NCBI GenBank assembly: GCA_964416305.1
Contig: CAYQDM010000005.1
Coordinates: 43,797 to 107,796 of the forward strand
DNA: 64,000 nt
Source: an uncultured Acidaminobacter sp.
Lineage (GTDB): Bacteria; Bacillota; Clostridia; Peptostreptococcales; Acidaminobacteraceae
Direction of reading: 5' to 3'
Each line of letters starts with the position of its first letter. Position 1 is the stretch's first letter. Positions 28,691 through 42,548 of this stretch are shown piece by piece. The position numbers and the translations under genes are program-made. The notes beneath the pieces were generated by a model. The model did no database searches. It was not told the origin of the DNA and was given only the letters and a program-made list of their open reading frames with translations.

Positions 28691-29128
28691 TTAAAGTCCC
28701 TTATTTTCAATGACAGCAAACATAAGCATGCCTTTGCAGGCAATTTCGCCATCTACATAGGCAATAGCCTCGCCTTTTCCAATGCCACGTCGGAAGGCGT
28801 GGAGCACGACTTCCATTCTGAGTTGATCTCCAGGCACAACCTGCCGTTTAAACCTTACCTCATCTATACCCGCAAAAACGGCAAGTTTTCCTTTATTTTC
28901 TTCCAAACTCATTAATGCGACCGCGCCGACCTGAGCCAGGGCTTCAACAATCAACACACCCGGCATGATAGGATTCCCCGGAAAATGTCCTTGAAAAAAA
29001 GGTTCATTTACAGATACTGACTTTATACCCACCGCGCTTTTCCCGGGCTCAAAATTCTCAATTTGATCCACAAGTAAAAACGGATACCGGTGGGGAATGA
29101 TTTTTTGAATTTCAATGCTGTTTAACAT
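28691..29128 (-). CDS. fabZ: 3-hydroxyacyl-ACP dehydratase
   Basis: [11 protein letters not shown]...[23 protein letters not shown] is the canonical FabZ motif. Confidence 0.95.
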   Translation of the reverse strand: MLNSIEIQKIIPHRYPFLLVDQIENFEPGKSAVGIKSVSVNEPFFQGHFPGNPIMPGVLIVEALAQVGAVALMSLEENKGKLAVFAGIDEVRFKRQVVPGDQLRMEVVLHAFRRGIGKGEAIAYVDGEIACKGMLMFAVIENKGL

Positions 29129-29152
29129 GTTTGACCTCCTATGCTAATCCGC

Positions 29153-30199
29153 TTAAATCTCAAGTACAGTTTCTCCTGTCAGCGTTGCCGAACCTCCAAC
29201 CCAAACGGTCTGACTCCATTCACGTTCTTGATCTTCATCTTTCTTATTATCACCCTCAGGGGTCTGGTCCGGATCCAGCGCTTCGCCGGATCTCTCGGTC
29301 CACAACACCCTGGCGTTGATTTTTGAAGGCAGATCCATCCACATACCCTGGGCAAATGTCATGGTCTCTTCTACGGCGTCACTGCCGGCAGCTTCTTCAC
29401 CGGTATCGCATTCGTCCGCACCGGTGGTGCTTGTACACGCTCCCAAGTCCTTTGAAACCGCGCCATAAGCGCTCAGATAGGCTGCAAGAGCACCGTTTGA
29501 CGTCCCCGTCGCAGATTCCTCATCTATGCCGAATAAAGGCGCGAAGTTTCGACACCACGCAGTGACTTCAGGACGGGTTGTCTCATGGGTCAAGTCGCGT
29601 CCTGAGGGAAGCGCAAAACAATGATATCCGGTGACGCCATGGACTTCGCTGATTTTTCGGATCTCTTCCAGGTCGGGCAGCATCGAACGTAAGGAATCGA
29701 TACACTTCACAGGCACCAGAATATCTCTTAAACCGGTAGAAACAATTTGAACCGGGAGGCCCGGTGCCTGATCATCCTCTGATAAACCAAGAGACCAAAA
29801 AATCTCCTCCGGTTCAAGGACAGGTCCAAATTCAGGTGTTGCCTGCTCCATAAGGATCTCCTCAGGGGAAACTCTGATTTTCAGCAACCCTGCTTTTGTT
29901 TCCTGGACCAGCATTTCACGGCCTTTTAAGTACCCGAGGTGCTCAAGCAGCCAAAAAGAAGCAATAGTCGCATGCCCGCACAGATCGACTTCTTCTGTCG
30001 GGGTAAAAAATCGCACCTTATAATCCGCCTGATCACTCTCCATGACAAATGCGGTTTCGGAAAAGCCCATTCGGGCTGAAATCTCGAGCATCTGCATTTC
30101 CGTCAGGGATGAAACATCAGGCTGAATCACGACGCCAGCAGCGTTTCCACCGTTTAAACCATCTGTAAAGGCATGAATCTCATACACGTGAATCTTCAT
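29153..30199 (-). CDS. PhzF-family isomerase-like protein with C-terminal insertions
   Basis: MKIHVYEIHAFTD...GNAAGV, FSETAF, CGHATI and ATGTSNGALAAYL are typical of the PhzF family. Two acidic low-complexity insertions lie near the C-terminus. Confidence 0.75.
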   Translation of the reverse strand: MKIHVYEIHAFTDGLNGGNAAGVVIQPDVSSLTEMQMLEISARMGFSETAFVMESDQADYKVRFFTPTEEVDLCGHATIASFWLLEHLGYLKGREMLVQETKAGLLKIRVSPEEILMEQATPEFGPVLEPEEIFWSLGLSEDDQAPGLPVQIVSTGLRDILVPVKCIDSLRSMLPDLEEIRKISEVHGVTGYHCFALPSGRDLTHETTRPEVTAWCRNFAPLFGIDEESATGTSNGALAAYLSAYGAVSKDLGACTSTTGADECDTGEEAAGSDAVEETMTFAQGMWMDLPSKINARVLWTERSGEALDPDQTPEGDNKKDEDQEREWSQTVWVGGSATLTGETVLEI

Positions 30200-30240
30200 T
30201 GTCAGTGCCCCCTGCTACAGCAGCTTTGAATGCCACTGTT

Positions 30241-30278
30241 AAAAATACGGCGCGTGGGGAAGTTTCCCAACGCGCCGT
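30241..30278 (-). terminator. Rho-independent terminator after mreB
   Basis: The minus strand has the CGGCGCGTTGGG / CCCCACGCGCCG hairpin followed by TATTTTT. Confidence 0.7.
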
Positions 30279-30312
30279 GATCCATTCTTAGCTTGTTGCC
30301 GACCGGTAATCC

Positions 30313-31332
30313 CTAACGCCGGCGATGCGTCATCATGCTCTTCTCGAGAACGTCAATGTGTTCAAGAGACATTCCAGTTCCCTTGGCGACGCAAGATATG
30401 GCATCTTCAGCGACGTAGGTCGGAATCCCCGTTCTCTTCTCGAGCATGCGGTTTAGTCCATGCAGCAATGAGCCGCCACCGGTCATGACAATGCCTCTCG
30501 CACTGATATCAGAGGCCAGTTCAGGCGGCGTCTTCTCAAGCACAGAGTGAACAGCATCACTAATTGCGTTGACTGGTTCTCTTAGTGCTTCCAGCATTTC
30601 TTCACTGCTGACAGTAATATTTTTTGGAAGACCCGTAATCAGGTCCCTGCCACGGCAATCCATTGTCACTGGCTTTGGACGCGGCGATGCCGTACCGATT
30701 TCCATTTTAAGTTCCTCGGCAGTACGCTCTCCAATCAACAGGTTATGGGCTTTTCTCATGTATTTGATAATTGCCTCGTCAAATTTGTCACCGGCAACTT
30801 TTATGGATTTGCTGACGACAATGCCACCCAGGGAAATCACCGCTATATCCGCGGTTCCTCCGCCAATATCAATAATCATGTTGCCGTCCGGCTTAGTGAT
30901 GTCGAGCCCAGCACCCACAGCTGCTGCAATTGGCTCCTCAATCAGGAAGGTTTTGCCGCCGCCCGCTTCAATGGTGGCGTCAATAACAGCACGCTTTTCG
31001 ACTTCAGTGACGCCGCTCGGCACGCAGATTATAATCTTAGGTTTGATAAACCTGCGTGGACCACAGGTTTTATTGATGAAGTGACGCAGCATTTTTTCAG
31101 TTACTTCGTAATCTGAAATGACGCCGTCCTTCAGCGGACGAATCGCCACGATATTGCCCGGTGTTCTTCCAAGCATTTTTCTCGCTTCAGAGCCTACGGA
31201 AAGAACGCGGCCTGTATCACGGTCAATCGCGACCACCGAGGGCTCCTGCAGCACAATACCTTTGCCTTTTATGAACACGAGAACGCTGGCGGTACCCAGG
31301 TCGATCCCAATTTCAGTGCCTAATCCAAACAT
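30313..31332 (-). CDS. mreB: Rod-shape-determining actin homologue MreB/Mbl
   Basis: IGIDLGTA, EPSVVA, IIDIGGGTADIAV, VMTGGGSLL. Confidence 0.95.
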   Translation of the reverse strand: MFGLGTEIGIDLGTASVLVFIKGKGIVLQEPSVVAIDRDTGRVLSVGSEARKMLGRTPGNIVAIRPLKDGVISDYEVTEKMLRHFINKTCGPRRFIKPKIIICVPSGVTEVEKRAVIDATIEAGGGKTFLIEEPIAAAVGAGLDITKPDGNMIIDIGGGTADIAVISLGGIVVSKSIKVAGDKFDEAIIKYMRKAHNLLIGERTAEELKMEIGTASPRPKPVTMDCRGRDLITGLPKNITVSSEEMLEALREPVNAISDAVHSVLEKTPPELASDISARGIVMTGGGSLLHGLNRMLEKRTGIPTYVAEDAISCVAKGTGMSLEHIDVLEKSMMTHRRR

Positions 31333-31410
31333 AGCTGACCTCCTAATGTCTTATGCGTTTCAAGGGACGGCAGCGGAAAAACTGCCAAATTTTTAATCCA
31401 AAACTTGCTG

Positions 31411-32667
31411 TCAGCTCTCCGTGCGCGAAATATTGGCACCCAGCTGTCGGAGTTTATTTTCAATCTCCACATAGCCGCGGTCAATATGATAGGTATTTCC
31501 TATCTCAGTGGTCCCCTCTGAGATCAGACCGGCCAATATGAGGGCCGCGCCAGCTCTGAGGTCTGTCGCCATGACTTTTGTGCCATGGAGGGATCTGACC
31601 CCTGTAACGACAGCGCTATGACCTTCTATCTTGATGTCCGCACCCATTCGGTTCAACTCTGCCACATGCATAAATCGATTTTCAAAAACAGTCTCAATGA
31701 TGACAGAGGTGTCTGTTGCCGCAGCCATTAATGCCATAAACTGAGCCTGCATATCCGTAGGAAAACCTGGATAAGGCAGGGTTGTGACGTCCACCGAATT
31801 AATTTTACCCTGACCAATAACTCTCAGGGAATCTTCAAATTCCTCAATGACAACACCAGCTTCTTTGAGCTTGGCAATAATTGGCTTGAGATGGCTTGGC
31901 ACGACATTCTCAACCATGACGTCACCATTCGTAATAGCAGCTGCGACCATGTAAGTTCCGGCTTCGATGCGGTCAGGAATTACCTGATGACGCGCACCCG
32001 ACAGTCTCTCTACGCCCTGTATGCGTATGGTGTCCGTACCGGCGCCTTTGACCTTCGCGCCCATTTTATTCAAAAAGTTCGCCAGATCAATAATCTCAGG
32101 CTCTTCAGCAGCATTCTCAATAATAGTGGTGCCTTCTGCCATGCTCGCTGCCATTATGATGTTTTCTGTCGCTCCGACACTTGGAAAGTCCAGATAAACA
32201 CTATTGCCAACCAATTTCTCTGCACGGACTTCAATAAACCCTTCACCATGCTCCACGTGAGCACCGAGAGCAGCAAAGCCTTTCAGATGGAGATCGACAG
32301 GTCGGGCGCCGATAGCACAGCCACCCGGCATAGGAATGCGGGCAACGCCACATCTGGCCAACAATGGTCCCATGACAAAAAAAGACGCCCGCATTTTTTG
32401 AACCAATTCAAACGGAGCCTCCGTCTGTGTAATGACCGGTGTATTCACTTCCAATATGCCGTCCTGAACGCCGCCGACAACGGCGCCAAAGGCCCTGAGC
32501 ACCTCGCTCATAACCTCAACATCTTTAAGCGGCGGCACATCCTCAAGCACACAAGGTGTGTCTGCCAGCAGCGTTGCAGCCATTATAGGCAGCACTGCAT
32601 TTTTTGCACCACTTATTTTGACGCGTCCTTTTAAAGGACCGCTCTTATTCACTAATATATTTGCCAA
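31411..32667 (-). CDS. murA: UDP-N-acetylglucosamine 1-carboxyvinyltransferase
   Basis: [11 protein letters not shown]..., the catalytic-Cys region [14 protein letters not shown], and the C-terminal YHIDRGY. The preferred start is TTG at 32667, 6 nt after GAGGAGG. The ORF-track ATG at 32739 sits almost on the predicted TSS. Confidence 0.9.
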   Translation of the reverse strand: MANILVNKSGPLKGRVKISGAKNAVLPIMAATLLADTPCVLEDVPPLKDVEVMSEVLRAFGAVVGGVQDGILEVNTPVITQTEAPFELVQKMRASFFVMGPLLARCGVARIPMPGGCAIGARPVDLHLKGFAALGAHVEHGEGFIEVRAEKLVGNSVYLDFPSVGATENIIMAASMAEGTTIIENAAEEPEIIDLANFLNKMGAKVKGAGTDTIRIQGVERLSGARHQVIPDRIEAGTYMVAAAITNGDVMVENVVPSHLKPIIAKLKEAGVVIEEFEDSLRVIGQGKINSVDVTTLPYPGFPTDMQAQFMALMAAATDTSVIIETVFENRFMHVAELNRMGADIKIEGHSAVVTGVRSLHGTKVMATDLRAGAALILAGLISEGTTEIGNTYHIDRGYVEIENKLRQLGANISRTES

Positions 32668-32753
32668 AATTGGCCTCCTCTCGCGATCGCCAAATATCCG
32701 CAACATTACTCGAAGCTCTTTTAAGGTCGCCCCGGACATAATTCACCGCTTGC

Positions 32754-32782
32754 ATTATATACAATTATGAAGGAAAGTTCAA
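32754..32782 (-). promoter_or_regulatory. sigma-70-type promoter upstream of murA
   Basis: The minus strand reads TTGAAC, a 17-nt spacer, then TATAAT. Confidence 0.5.
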
Positions 32783-33040
32783 CCTCTTTCATTATAACGC
32801 AAAAATCGCCAAGCAAAAAGATAAAAGGTTCACGAGGGAATTATTTAGAACCGCGGGACAGTTTTTCATACTCTGAACACGCTTCTTTGGATAGGATTAG
32901 TTCCAAGCAAACACTAAAATCATGCAAATTAAAAAGCACCCTCGCACTTTGGAGCCAAAACTCGGGGCCAGCGCCTTTTCATGCGGCTGACCCAAGTTTT
33001 AGCGAATCGTTCCTTAGTGCGTGAATGCTCCTTATTCAGG

Positions 33041-33451
33041 TTAGTTTTTTTCAGCGACTCTGATCCGGTTGGTTGCTCGAGTCAGAGAGTCAAGCGCCCT
33101 TGCGTAATCGAGCTCGCTGTCGCGTCGTTCGATACGGGCTTGAGCACGCTGCAATGCAGCTTTTGCTCTGTTGACGTCAATTTCATCAGCCCACTCAGCA
33201 GAATCCGTAACCACCGTTGTCTTGTCGTAGGTTACAGTCATAAAGCCACCGCTGCAAGCTGCGTCTCTGAATTTCTCCTCGCCTTGCAGCCGAATGCGAA
33301 TAGGACCAATGACGACAGGGGCTACTGTTTGCTCATGGTCGTACATAATCGCTATGTCGCCTTCAGTGGTCCTGAGGATCACCATATCGACTTCTCCGTC
33401 GAAAAACGTTCTGTCGGGCGTCACTATTTCCAGCATAAATTTCGTTGCCAC
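33041..33451 (-). CDS. atpC: F1 ATP synthase epsilon subunit
   Basis: Last gene of the operon. LEIVTPDR...EGD.. is the typical epsilon N-terminal beta-sandwich, with a helical C-terminus. Confidence 0.9.
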   Translation of the reverse strand: MATKFMLEIVTPDRTFFDGEVDMVILRTTEGDIAIMYDHEQTVAPVVIGPIRIRLQGEEKFRDAACSGGFMTVTYDKTTVVTDSAEWADEIDVNRAKAALQRAQARIERRDSELDYARALDSLTRATNRIRVAEKN

Positions 33452-33484
33452 CTGGGCTCACCTCCTGGAGATCGATTTTTAGCG

Positions 33485-34891
<1,407 letters not shown>

Positions 34892-34916
34892 TCAGTTGGT
34901 TCCTAAGGGACAAGCC

Positions 34917-35795
34917 CTATTTGAGCGCTTCCGCACCACCGACAATTTCAGAAATTTCCTGCGTGATGGACGCCTGACGCGCCTGGTTGAATGACAGCGT
35001 CAGACTTTCAATGATGTCCTCCGCGTTGTCATTGGCATTTTCCATTGCAAGGCGCCGCGCAGCCTGTTCCGCTGCGGCCGATTCGACGAGGGCGCCATAA
35101 ATAGTGCTCTCGATATACTTTGGAATGACATAGCTCAACACCTCTTCAGGCGATGGCTCGTAGACCATGTAACTCTCGTCGTCGCCCTCTTCCTCGACCT
35201 TCTCTTCTTCCGCCTTGGTTTCCATGACCATCGGCAAAAGCTTCAGCATGGTCGCCTGTTGGGAAATCGTGCTGATGAACCTCGTATAGACGAGCTTAAT
35301 CTCATCGACTTCTTCCTGGGAATAAAGCTTTAAAAGGTATCTGGCCATTTCCTGGGCATCCGAATATTGCGGATTTTCTGAAATATGGATGTACTCGCGG
35401 ACTACATTGTAATCTCGCTTCGTAAAGCTGTCTCTTGATTTTCTGCCGATGGCGATAATTTTAGCGCTGGATTTGTCCTTGATATCCTCAAATACCAGCT
35501 TCATGGCGTTGTTGTTGTATCCGCCGGCCAACCCACGGTCCGCTGTGACTATGACATAGATGCTGTTCTTGACTTCTCTGTAATCCAGAAACTCATGCTT
35601 GACCTTCTTCTGTGTCTTCATGAGGTCCTGGACGGTCTCAAGAACGGTTTCAAAATAGGGCCGCGTAATATCCATCCGATCCCTGGAGCGCTTAAGTTTC
35701 GCAGTTGAAACCAGCTCCATGGCCTTCGTGATCTGCATGGTGGAGTTGACGCTCTTAATTTTGCGCTTTATGTCGCGCGTTCCCATTCCTGCCAC
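34917..35795 (-). CDS. atpG: F1 ATP synthase gamma subunit
   Basis: The N-terminus IKRKIKSVNSTMQITKAMELVSTAKL and the C-terminus ITQEISEIVGGAEAL are canonical. Confidence 0.95.
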   Translation of the reverse strand: MAGMGTRDIKRKIKSVNSTMQITKAMELVSTAKLKRSRDRMDITRPYFETVLETVQDLMKTQKKVKHEFLDYREVKNSIYVIVTADRGLAGGYNNNAMKLVFEDIKDKSSAKIIAIGRKSRDSFTKRDYNVVREYIHISENPQYSDAQEMARYLLKLYSQEEVDEIKLVYTRFISTISQQATMLKLLPMVMETKAEEEKVEEEGDDESYMVYEPSPEEVLSYVIPKYIESTIYGALVESAAAEQAARRLAMENANDNAEDIIESLTLSFNQARQASITQEISEIVGGAEALK

Positions 35796-35826
35796 TATCG
35801 ATCCCTCCTAAGGTGACGTCTTCAGA

Positions 35827-37377
<1,551 letters not shown>

Positions 37378-37391
37378 TCATTTAGAAAGCT

Positions 37392-37934
37392 CTAAACGAC
37401 TACTTGCCGCAGATCTTCCTTGATTTGAGCCAATTTTTTGCGTACGGAACCATCAATCATTTTGTCGCCAATTTCAAGGACGACGCCGCCGATGATAGTG
37501 TCATCCACAACATTGGCCAGAGATACTTTCATTCCGGCCAATTTTGACAATTTCTCTTCAAGGATTTGCATCTGCTGTTCTGTCATTTCGACCGAAGTTC
37601 TAACCCGGCCTTTTACAAGACCTTCGCGTTCATCCACCATGGTGTCAAACAGCTTGCGGATGTCATTGAGTTCACTTTCACGTCCCTTGTCGACCAGGAC
37701 TCTGATGAAATTCAACACATCCTTGGAGACGTTCTTAGCGAACACTTCCTCCATGGCAGACTTCTTCTGCTTCTCGCCAATGGATGGCGATTCAAACAGT
37801 TCCTTGAAGTCTGGGTTTTCAGCCAACGTGTCGGCGATCAACCCGAGATCGCGTCTGATTTCGTCCATCTGGCCAAGTTCTGCCGCGGCCTCCATCAGCG
37901 CTTCCGCATAGGCTTTCGCGACTAGTTGTGCCAT
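37392..37934 (-). CDS. atpH: F1 ATP synthase delta (OSCP) subunit
   Basis: Position between atpF and atpA. 180 aa with an OSCP-like pattern (AKAYAEAL..., ...IIGGVVLEIGDKMIDGSV). Confidence 0.9.
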   Translation of the reverse strand: MAQLVAKAYAEALMEAAAELGQMDEIRRDLGLIADTLAENPDFKELFESPSIGEKQKKSAMEEVFAKNVSKDVLNFIRVLVDKGRESELNDIRKLFDTMVDEREGLVKGRVRTSVEMTEQQMQILEEKLSKLAGMKVSLANVVDDTIIGGVVLEIGDKMIDGSVRKKLAQIKEDLRQVVV

Positions 37935-38455
37935 GCTGTATCCCCTACCTCCTGAATGAACTGATCGATCAGAACTTTGTGCTGGTCGCCGTCAATGTCT
38001 TTGTGAATGACTTTGGAAGCGGCAAGGATTGCCATGTCTGCTATGTCATTCTTGAGCGTATTGATCGCTTTGACCTTTTCCTGCTCGATTTCTTTCTGAG
38101 TGGCTTCTTTTATCTCAGAAGCTTTGTGTTCAGCTTCCTTGAGGATCTCGGCCGTGCGTTTGTCAGCGCGTTGTACGGCTGATCTGACAATCTCCTTGCC
38201 TTCGTCCTCAGCATTTCTGATTTTGTGAGAATACTCTGAAATCAATTGATCTGCTTCCTTTTTTTTGAGTGCTGCTGCATCAAACTGGCTCTTGACCTCG
38301 TTTTCGCGTTTCTCCATGAACGCCGTGACCGGCTTGAAGAGGATTTTGCGAAGCACCAGGAACAAAATCAATGTATTGGCGATCTGAACCGCCAACATCC
38401 AGTCAATTGCGACAAGACCCATTCTCAATTCGGAAGCGAGTACATACACATTCAT
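37922..38455 (-). CDS. atpF: Fo ATP synthase b subunit
   Basis: A single N-terminal TM helix followed by a long charged coiled coil. The position in the operon fits. Confidence 0.9.
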   Translation of the reverse strand: MNVYVLASELRMGLVAIDWMLAVQIANTLILFLVLRKILFKPVTAFMEKRENEVKSQFDAAALKKKEADQLISEYSHKIRNAEDEGKEIVRSAVQRADKRTAEILKEAEHKASEIKEATQKEIEQEKVKAINTLKNDIADMAILAASKVIHKDIDGDQHKVLIDQFIQEVGDTAWHN

Positions 38456-38503
38456 TTATTCTGCCTCCTTTTTGCGGATTTTCACTGATGGACCTAGATA
38501 ATA

Positions 38504-38779
<276 letters not shown>

Positions 38780-38814
38780 CTAGTCCTCAAATATGATTTT
38801 ATAATGCCTGAGTC

Positions 38815-39627
<813 letters not shown>

Positions 39628-39653
39628 TCATTTCTTGAACTGGTTCAACTAAT

Positions 39654-40355
39654 TTAATCCATAGCCATGGAGACATAAACCATAGTCAGCATGGTGAAAA
39701 TGAACGACTGCAGCAGCCCCGAGAAGAGGTCAAAATAAATGTGAAACACTGCGGGGACGCCAACTGCCAGAACCGGAATGTTCAGGCTGAGCAATGCAGA
39801 TGAAAAACCGCCCAATGCGCCGTAGAGAAGGCTCATGATAATCAAGCCGCCTACGATGTTGCCGAAGAGACGGAACGACAGAGAGATCGGTGTCGCCACT
39901 TCGCCAAGCATATTGATTGGGAACAACAGGAAAAATGGTTCAAAGAAGCCCTTGACGTATTTTCCAATGCCTTTTGTCCTGATGCCAAAACTGTGAATCA
40001 TGAAAAACGTGATTAAAGCCAGCGCCAGTGTTGTGTTGATATCCGCAGTAGGCGGTCTGAGTCCCAGCAAACCGGCCAGGTTTCCCACAGCCAGAAAGAT
40101 CATCAGCGTGCCTATATACGGCGCGAATTTCATGTTCTTTTCGCCCATGGTCTGTTTTGTCAGATTATTGATCATCTTAACAATGGTTTCAACAACGATC
40201 TGACGTTTCCCCGGCACCATCTGCAAATTTCTGGTTCCAAGCCATGCCAGCAAAATAATTCCTGCCATGATCCACCAGGTTACCGTCACCGTTTCTGTGA
40301 CTTGAATGCCAAAGGGCAATTCTACAATCCGTGGTCCAAATCCTTCAGTACCCAC
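39654..40355 (-). CDS. atpB: Fo ATP synthase a subunit
   Basis: Polytopic membrane protein with the conserved stator Arg region (LSFRLFGNIVGG) and the C-terminal helix pair. Confidence 0.93.
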   Translation of the reverse strand: MGTEGFGPRIVELPFGIQVTETVTVTWWIMAGIILLAWLGTRNLQMVPGKRQIVVETIVKMINNLTKQTMGEKNMKFAPYIGTLMIFLAVGNLAGLLGLRPPTADINTTLALALITFFMIHSFGIRTKGIGKYVKGFFEPFFLLFPINMLGEVATPISLSFRLFGNIVGGLIIMSLLYGALGGFSSALLSLNIPVLAVGVPAVFHIYFDLFSGLLQSFIFTMLTMVYVSMAMD

Positions 40356-40357
40356 TT

Positions 40358-40774
40358 CTATTCCTCCTTTCTTTTCGAAATGTTCATTGACTTTGAACTT
40401 GCTGATACCAACTGTGTCATATAAATGACCAGTTTTACGGTCAAAAGGCCTGCCACCGTACCCAGAACCTGAATCTGCTCTGATAGGATGGAAACCAGTA
40501 TGGCGACCGCAACCAGTGAAAAACGGATGAAATAGTGAATGGTGGCATAGGTCTGAGCTTTAGCCGGCGACATGGCCACAGCTTTGTCAATAGTTGCACC
40601 GAGCTGTCTGAAGTTCAAAATGCCCAACGCCGTGCCAAAGAGAAGCCCCAAAAGATAGTGCGGTGCGCCGCTTCTGAAAAGAATCAAAAAAATGATGGCA
40701 AACACTGCTGACAGCATCAAAGATCTCAAAGTCACCGCTTTCAGCAAGGCCTGATAATTCTGCACTGGCGTCAC
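40358..40774 (-). CDS. atpI: ATP synthase protein I (AtpI-like)
   Basis: 138-aa, 4-TM small membrane protein immediately upstream of atpB. Confidence 0.7.
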   Translation of the reverse strand: MTPVQNYQALLKAVTLRSLMLSAVFAIIFLILFRSGAPHYLLGLLFGTALGILNFRQLGATIDKAVAMSPAKAQTYATIHYFIRFSLVAVAILVSILSEQIQVLGTVAGLLTVKLVIYMTQLVSASSKSMNISKRKEE

Positions 40775-41010
40775 TTCCTTTTGTCATGGGGATGGTCTTT
40801 TGTTTTCCTCATAGCAAGCTTAAACAACTCCATAAAAGCAGTCGCAGTGCCAATCAGCGTGAAAACAAGCAAAAAAATACCGTTGGTCCCCACCTTGTCA
40901 TCCAGGTAACGTCCCAACAGGACGCCGCCAAAGATTGGTGTGATCATCATGAGTGCGATCTGGGACAACAACGCGAGGTTCTCATACATTTTATAACTGT
41001 GCTTTGACAT
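40771..41010 (-). CDS. AtpZ/AtpR-like small membrane protein (putative F0F1-ATPase accessory subunit)
   Basis: 79-aa, two-TM protein (ITPIFGGVLLGRYLDDKVGTNGIF). It is the first gene of the operon, with a 4-nt overlap with atpI. Confidence 0.6.
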   Translation of the reverse strand: MSKHSYKMYENLALLSQIALMMITPIFGGVLLGRYLDDKVGTNGIFLLVFTLIGTATAFMELFKLAMRKTKDHPHDKRK

Positions 41011-41231
41011 CTTAATCCGCTCTCAATCTTCATTTAGGTGCAAGTTAGGCCATCCTAAGAATACCATATTTTTCACCGGATGTGGATAGGAAAGTAATCG
41101 CCGGATTCCCAACAAATGTAATAATTAGGCTGTATAAATCTTTTTTTGTTGACAAAAAAGTGAATATTATTAATATTTTCGTTTATATTTTACAATGTTT
41201 TAACATCAATTATCGTTAATGATTTAACGCA

Positions 41232-41261
41232 ATTATAAACCCAAGTTTAATATTTAGTCAA
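41232..41261 (-). promoter_or_regulatory. Candidate sigma-70 promoter of the atp operon
   Basis: The minus strand reads TTGACT, an 18-nt spacer, then TATAAT, in the AT-rich 400-bp gap upstream of atpZ. A second extended -10 (TGGTATAAT) lies at 41292-41300. Confidence 0.4.
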
Positions 41262-41356
41262 TCGATTGTACTCGAATACAAGCATACAGTTATTATACCA
41301 TGAGGTTTGTGACCAATATGAAATTATTTAAATATTTTTAAAAATGATATTGTCAA

Positions 41357-41385
41357 TAAAAAAACAGACCATTCACTTGGTCTGT
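41357..41385 (-). terminator. Rho-independent terminator after wecB
   Basis: ACAGACCA / TGGTCTGT hairpin flanked by an A7 run and a T-run. Confidence 0.75.
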
Positions 41386-41411
41386 TTTTATATTAATAAC
41401 TCACAAATTTT

Positions 41412-42548
41412 CTAAATTCCGTTCATATCAGGTCTCAGTGCCGCTTTGATTCGATTGACGATCCGTTGGGAAGCCCGACCGTCTCCATAGGGGTTAACCG
41501 CATTCGCCATGGCTTGATAAGCTTCCGGCTGGGTCAGCAGCGCTTCACACATGGAAATAATCTCCTGCGCGTCAACGCCGGCGAGCTTCACTGTACCAGC
41601 TTCAACCGCTTCAGGTCGCTCCGTCTCTCTCCTCAGCACCAAAACAGGCTTTCCGAGAGCAGGTGCTTCTTCCTGGATGCCGCCGGAATCAGTGAGGATC
41701 AGCCAGGACTTGGCTATGAGATGCGCAAAAGGTTCATAATCCAGCGGCTCAATTCTGTGAATCCGGCTGCAGCCTTCAAAATGCGCAGCAGCGATCTCCC
41801 TTACAGCCGGATTTTTGTGCATCGGAAAAATCAGTTCGACTTCTGGGTGGCGATCTACAATCTGTCGAACGGCACTGAAAATGGCATGCATTGGCGCTCC
41901 GAGATTTTCACGTCTATGCGCTGTCAACAGTATTACTTTTTTATTGTCATAATCTATCCCCTGAAGTTCCGGGACATCAAATGCGTAATCCGGACGAATG
42001 ACGCTGAGCAAAGCGTCAATCACCGTGTTGCCTGTTTTCAGAATGGCCTTCGAGTCAATTCCTTCATTTAAAAGATTTTGAACATTTTGCGAAGTTGGCG
42101 AGAAATGCAGATCCGCCAGACGTCCCGTCAAACAACGGTTCATCTCTTCCGGAAACGGAGAAAATTTGTCGAAACTTCTGAGACCCGCCTCGACGTGTCC
42201 GACGCGGACACCCTGATAATACGCCGCCAGAGCCGCCGAAAACGTCGTTGTCGTGTCGCCGTGCACCAGGACCATCTCCGGGTTAAATGCCTTAATGACG
42301 GGCTCCAGGCCCTTTAAAACGCGGCAGGTTATATCCGACAATCCCTGGCCCGCCTGCATGATATCCAAATCATAGTCAGGAACGATCTGAAACAGTTCCA
42401 GTACCTGGTCCAGCATCTCCCTGTGCTGCGCCGTGACACAGACGCGGGCATCAAAGGCATCATCCATGGCCAGAGCCTTAACCACCGGCGCCATTTTAAC
42501 GGCTTCAGGACGCGTCCCAAAGACCGAGAGAACTCTTATTCTTTCCAC
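41412..42548 (-). CDS. wecB: UDP-N-acetylglucosamine 2-epimerase (non-hydrolysing)
   Basis: VFGTRPEAVKMAPV, HVEAGLRS, LTDSGGIQEEAP. Confidence 0.93.
   Translation of the reverse strand: MERIRVLSVFGTRPEAVKMAPVVKALAMDDAFDARVCVTAQHREMLDQVLELFQIVPDYDLDIMQAGQGLSDITCRVLKGLEPVIKAFNPEMVLVHGDTTTTFSAALAAYYQGVRVGHVEAGLRSFDKFSPFPEEMNRCLTGRLADLHFSPTSQNVQNLLNEGIDSKAILKTGNTVIDALLSVIRPDYAFDVPELQGIDYDNKKVILLTAHRRENLGAPMHAIFSAVRQIVDRHPEVELIFPMHKNPAVREIAAAHFEGCSRIHRIEPLDYEPFAHLIAKSWLILTDSGGIQEEAPALGKPVLVLRRETERPEAVEAGTVKLAGVDAQEIISMCEALLTQPEAYQAMANAVNPYGDGRASQRIVNRIKAALRPDMNGI

Noticed and set aside
32740-33040. A terminator for the atp operon between atpC and murA
   Set aside because: Only imperfect, wobble-rich stems were found (for example around 32938-32990) and no clear U-tract. 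I could not support a call. The atp operon may read through into murA or use a weak or Rho-dependent stop.
41148-41180. Plus-strand TTGACA-N16-TAATAT promoter-like sequence in the atp upstream gap
   Set aside because: There is no plus-strand gene downstream for >10 kb, and the region is extremely AT-rich, so such matches are expected by chance. Minus-strand candidates fit the operon better.
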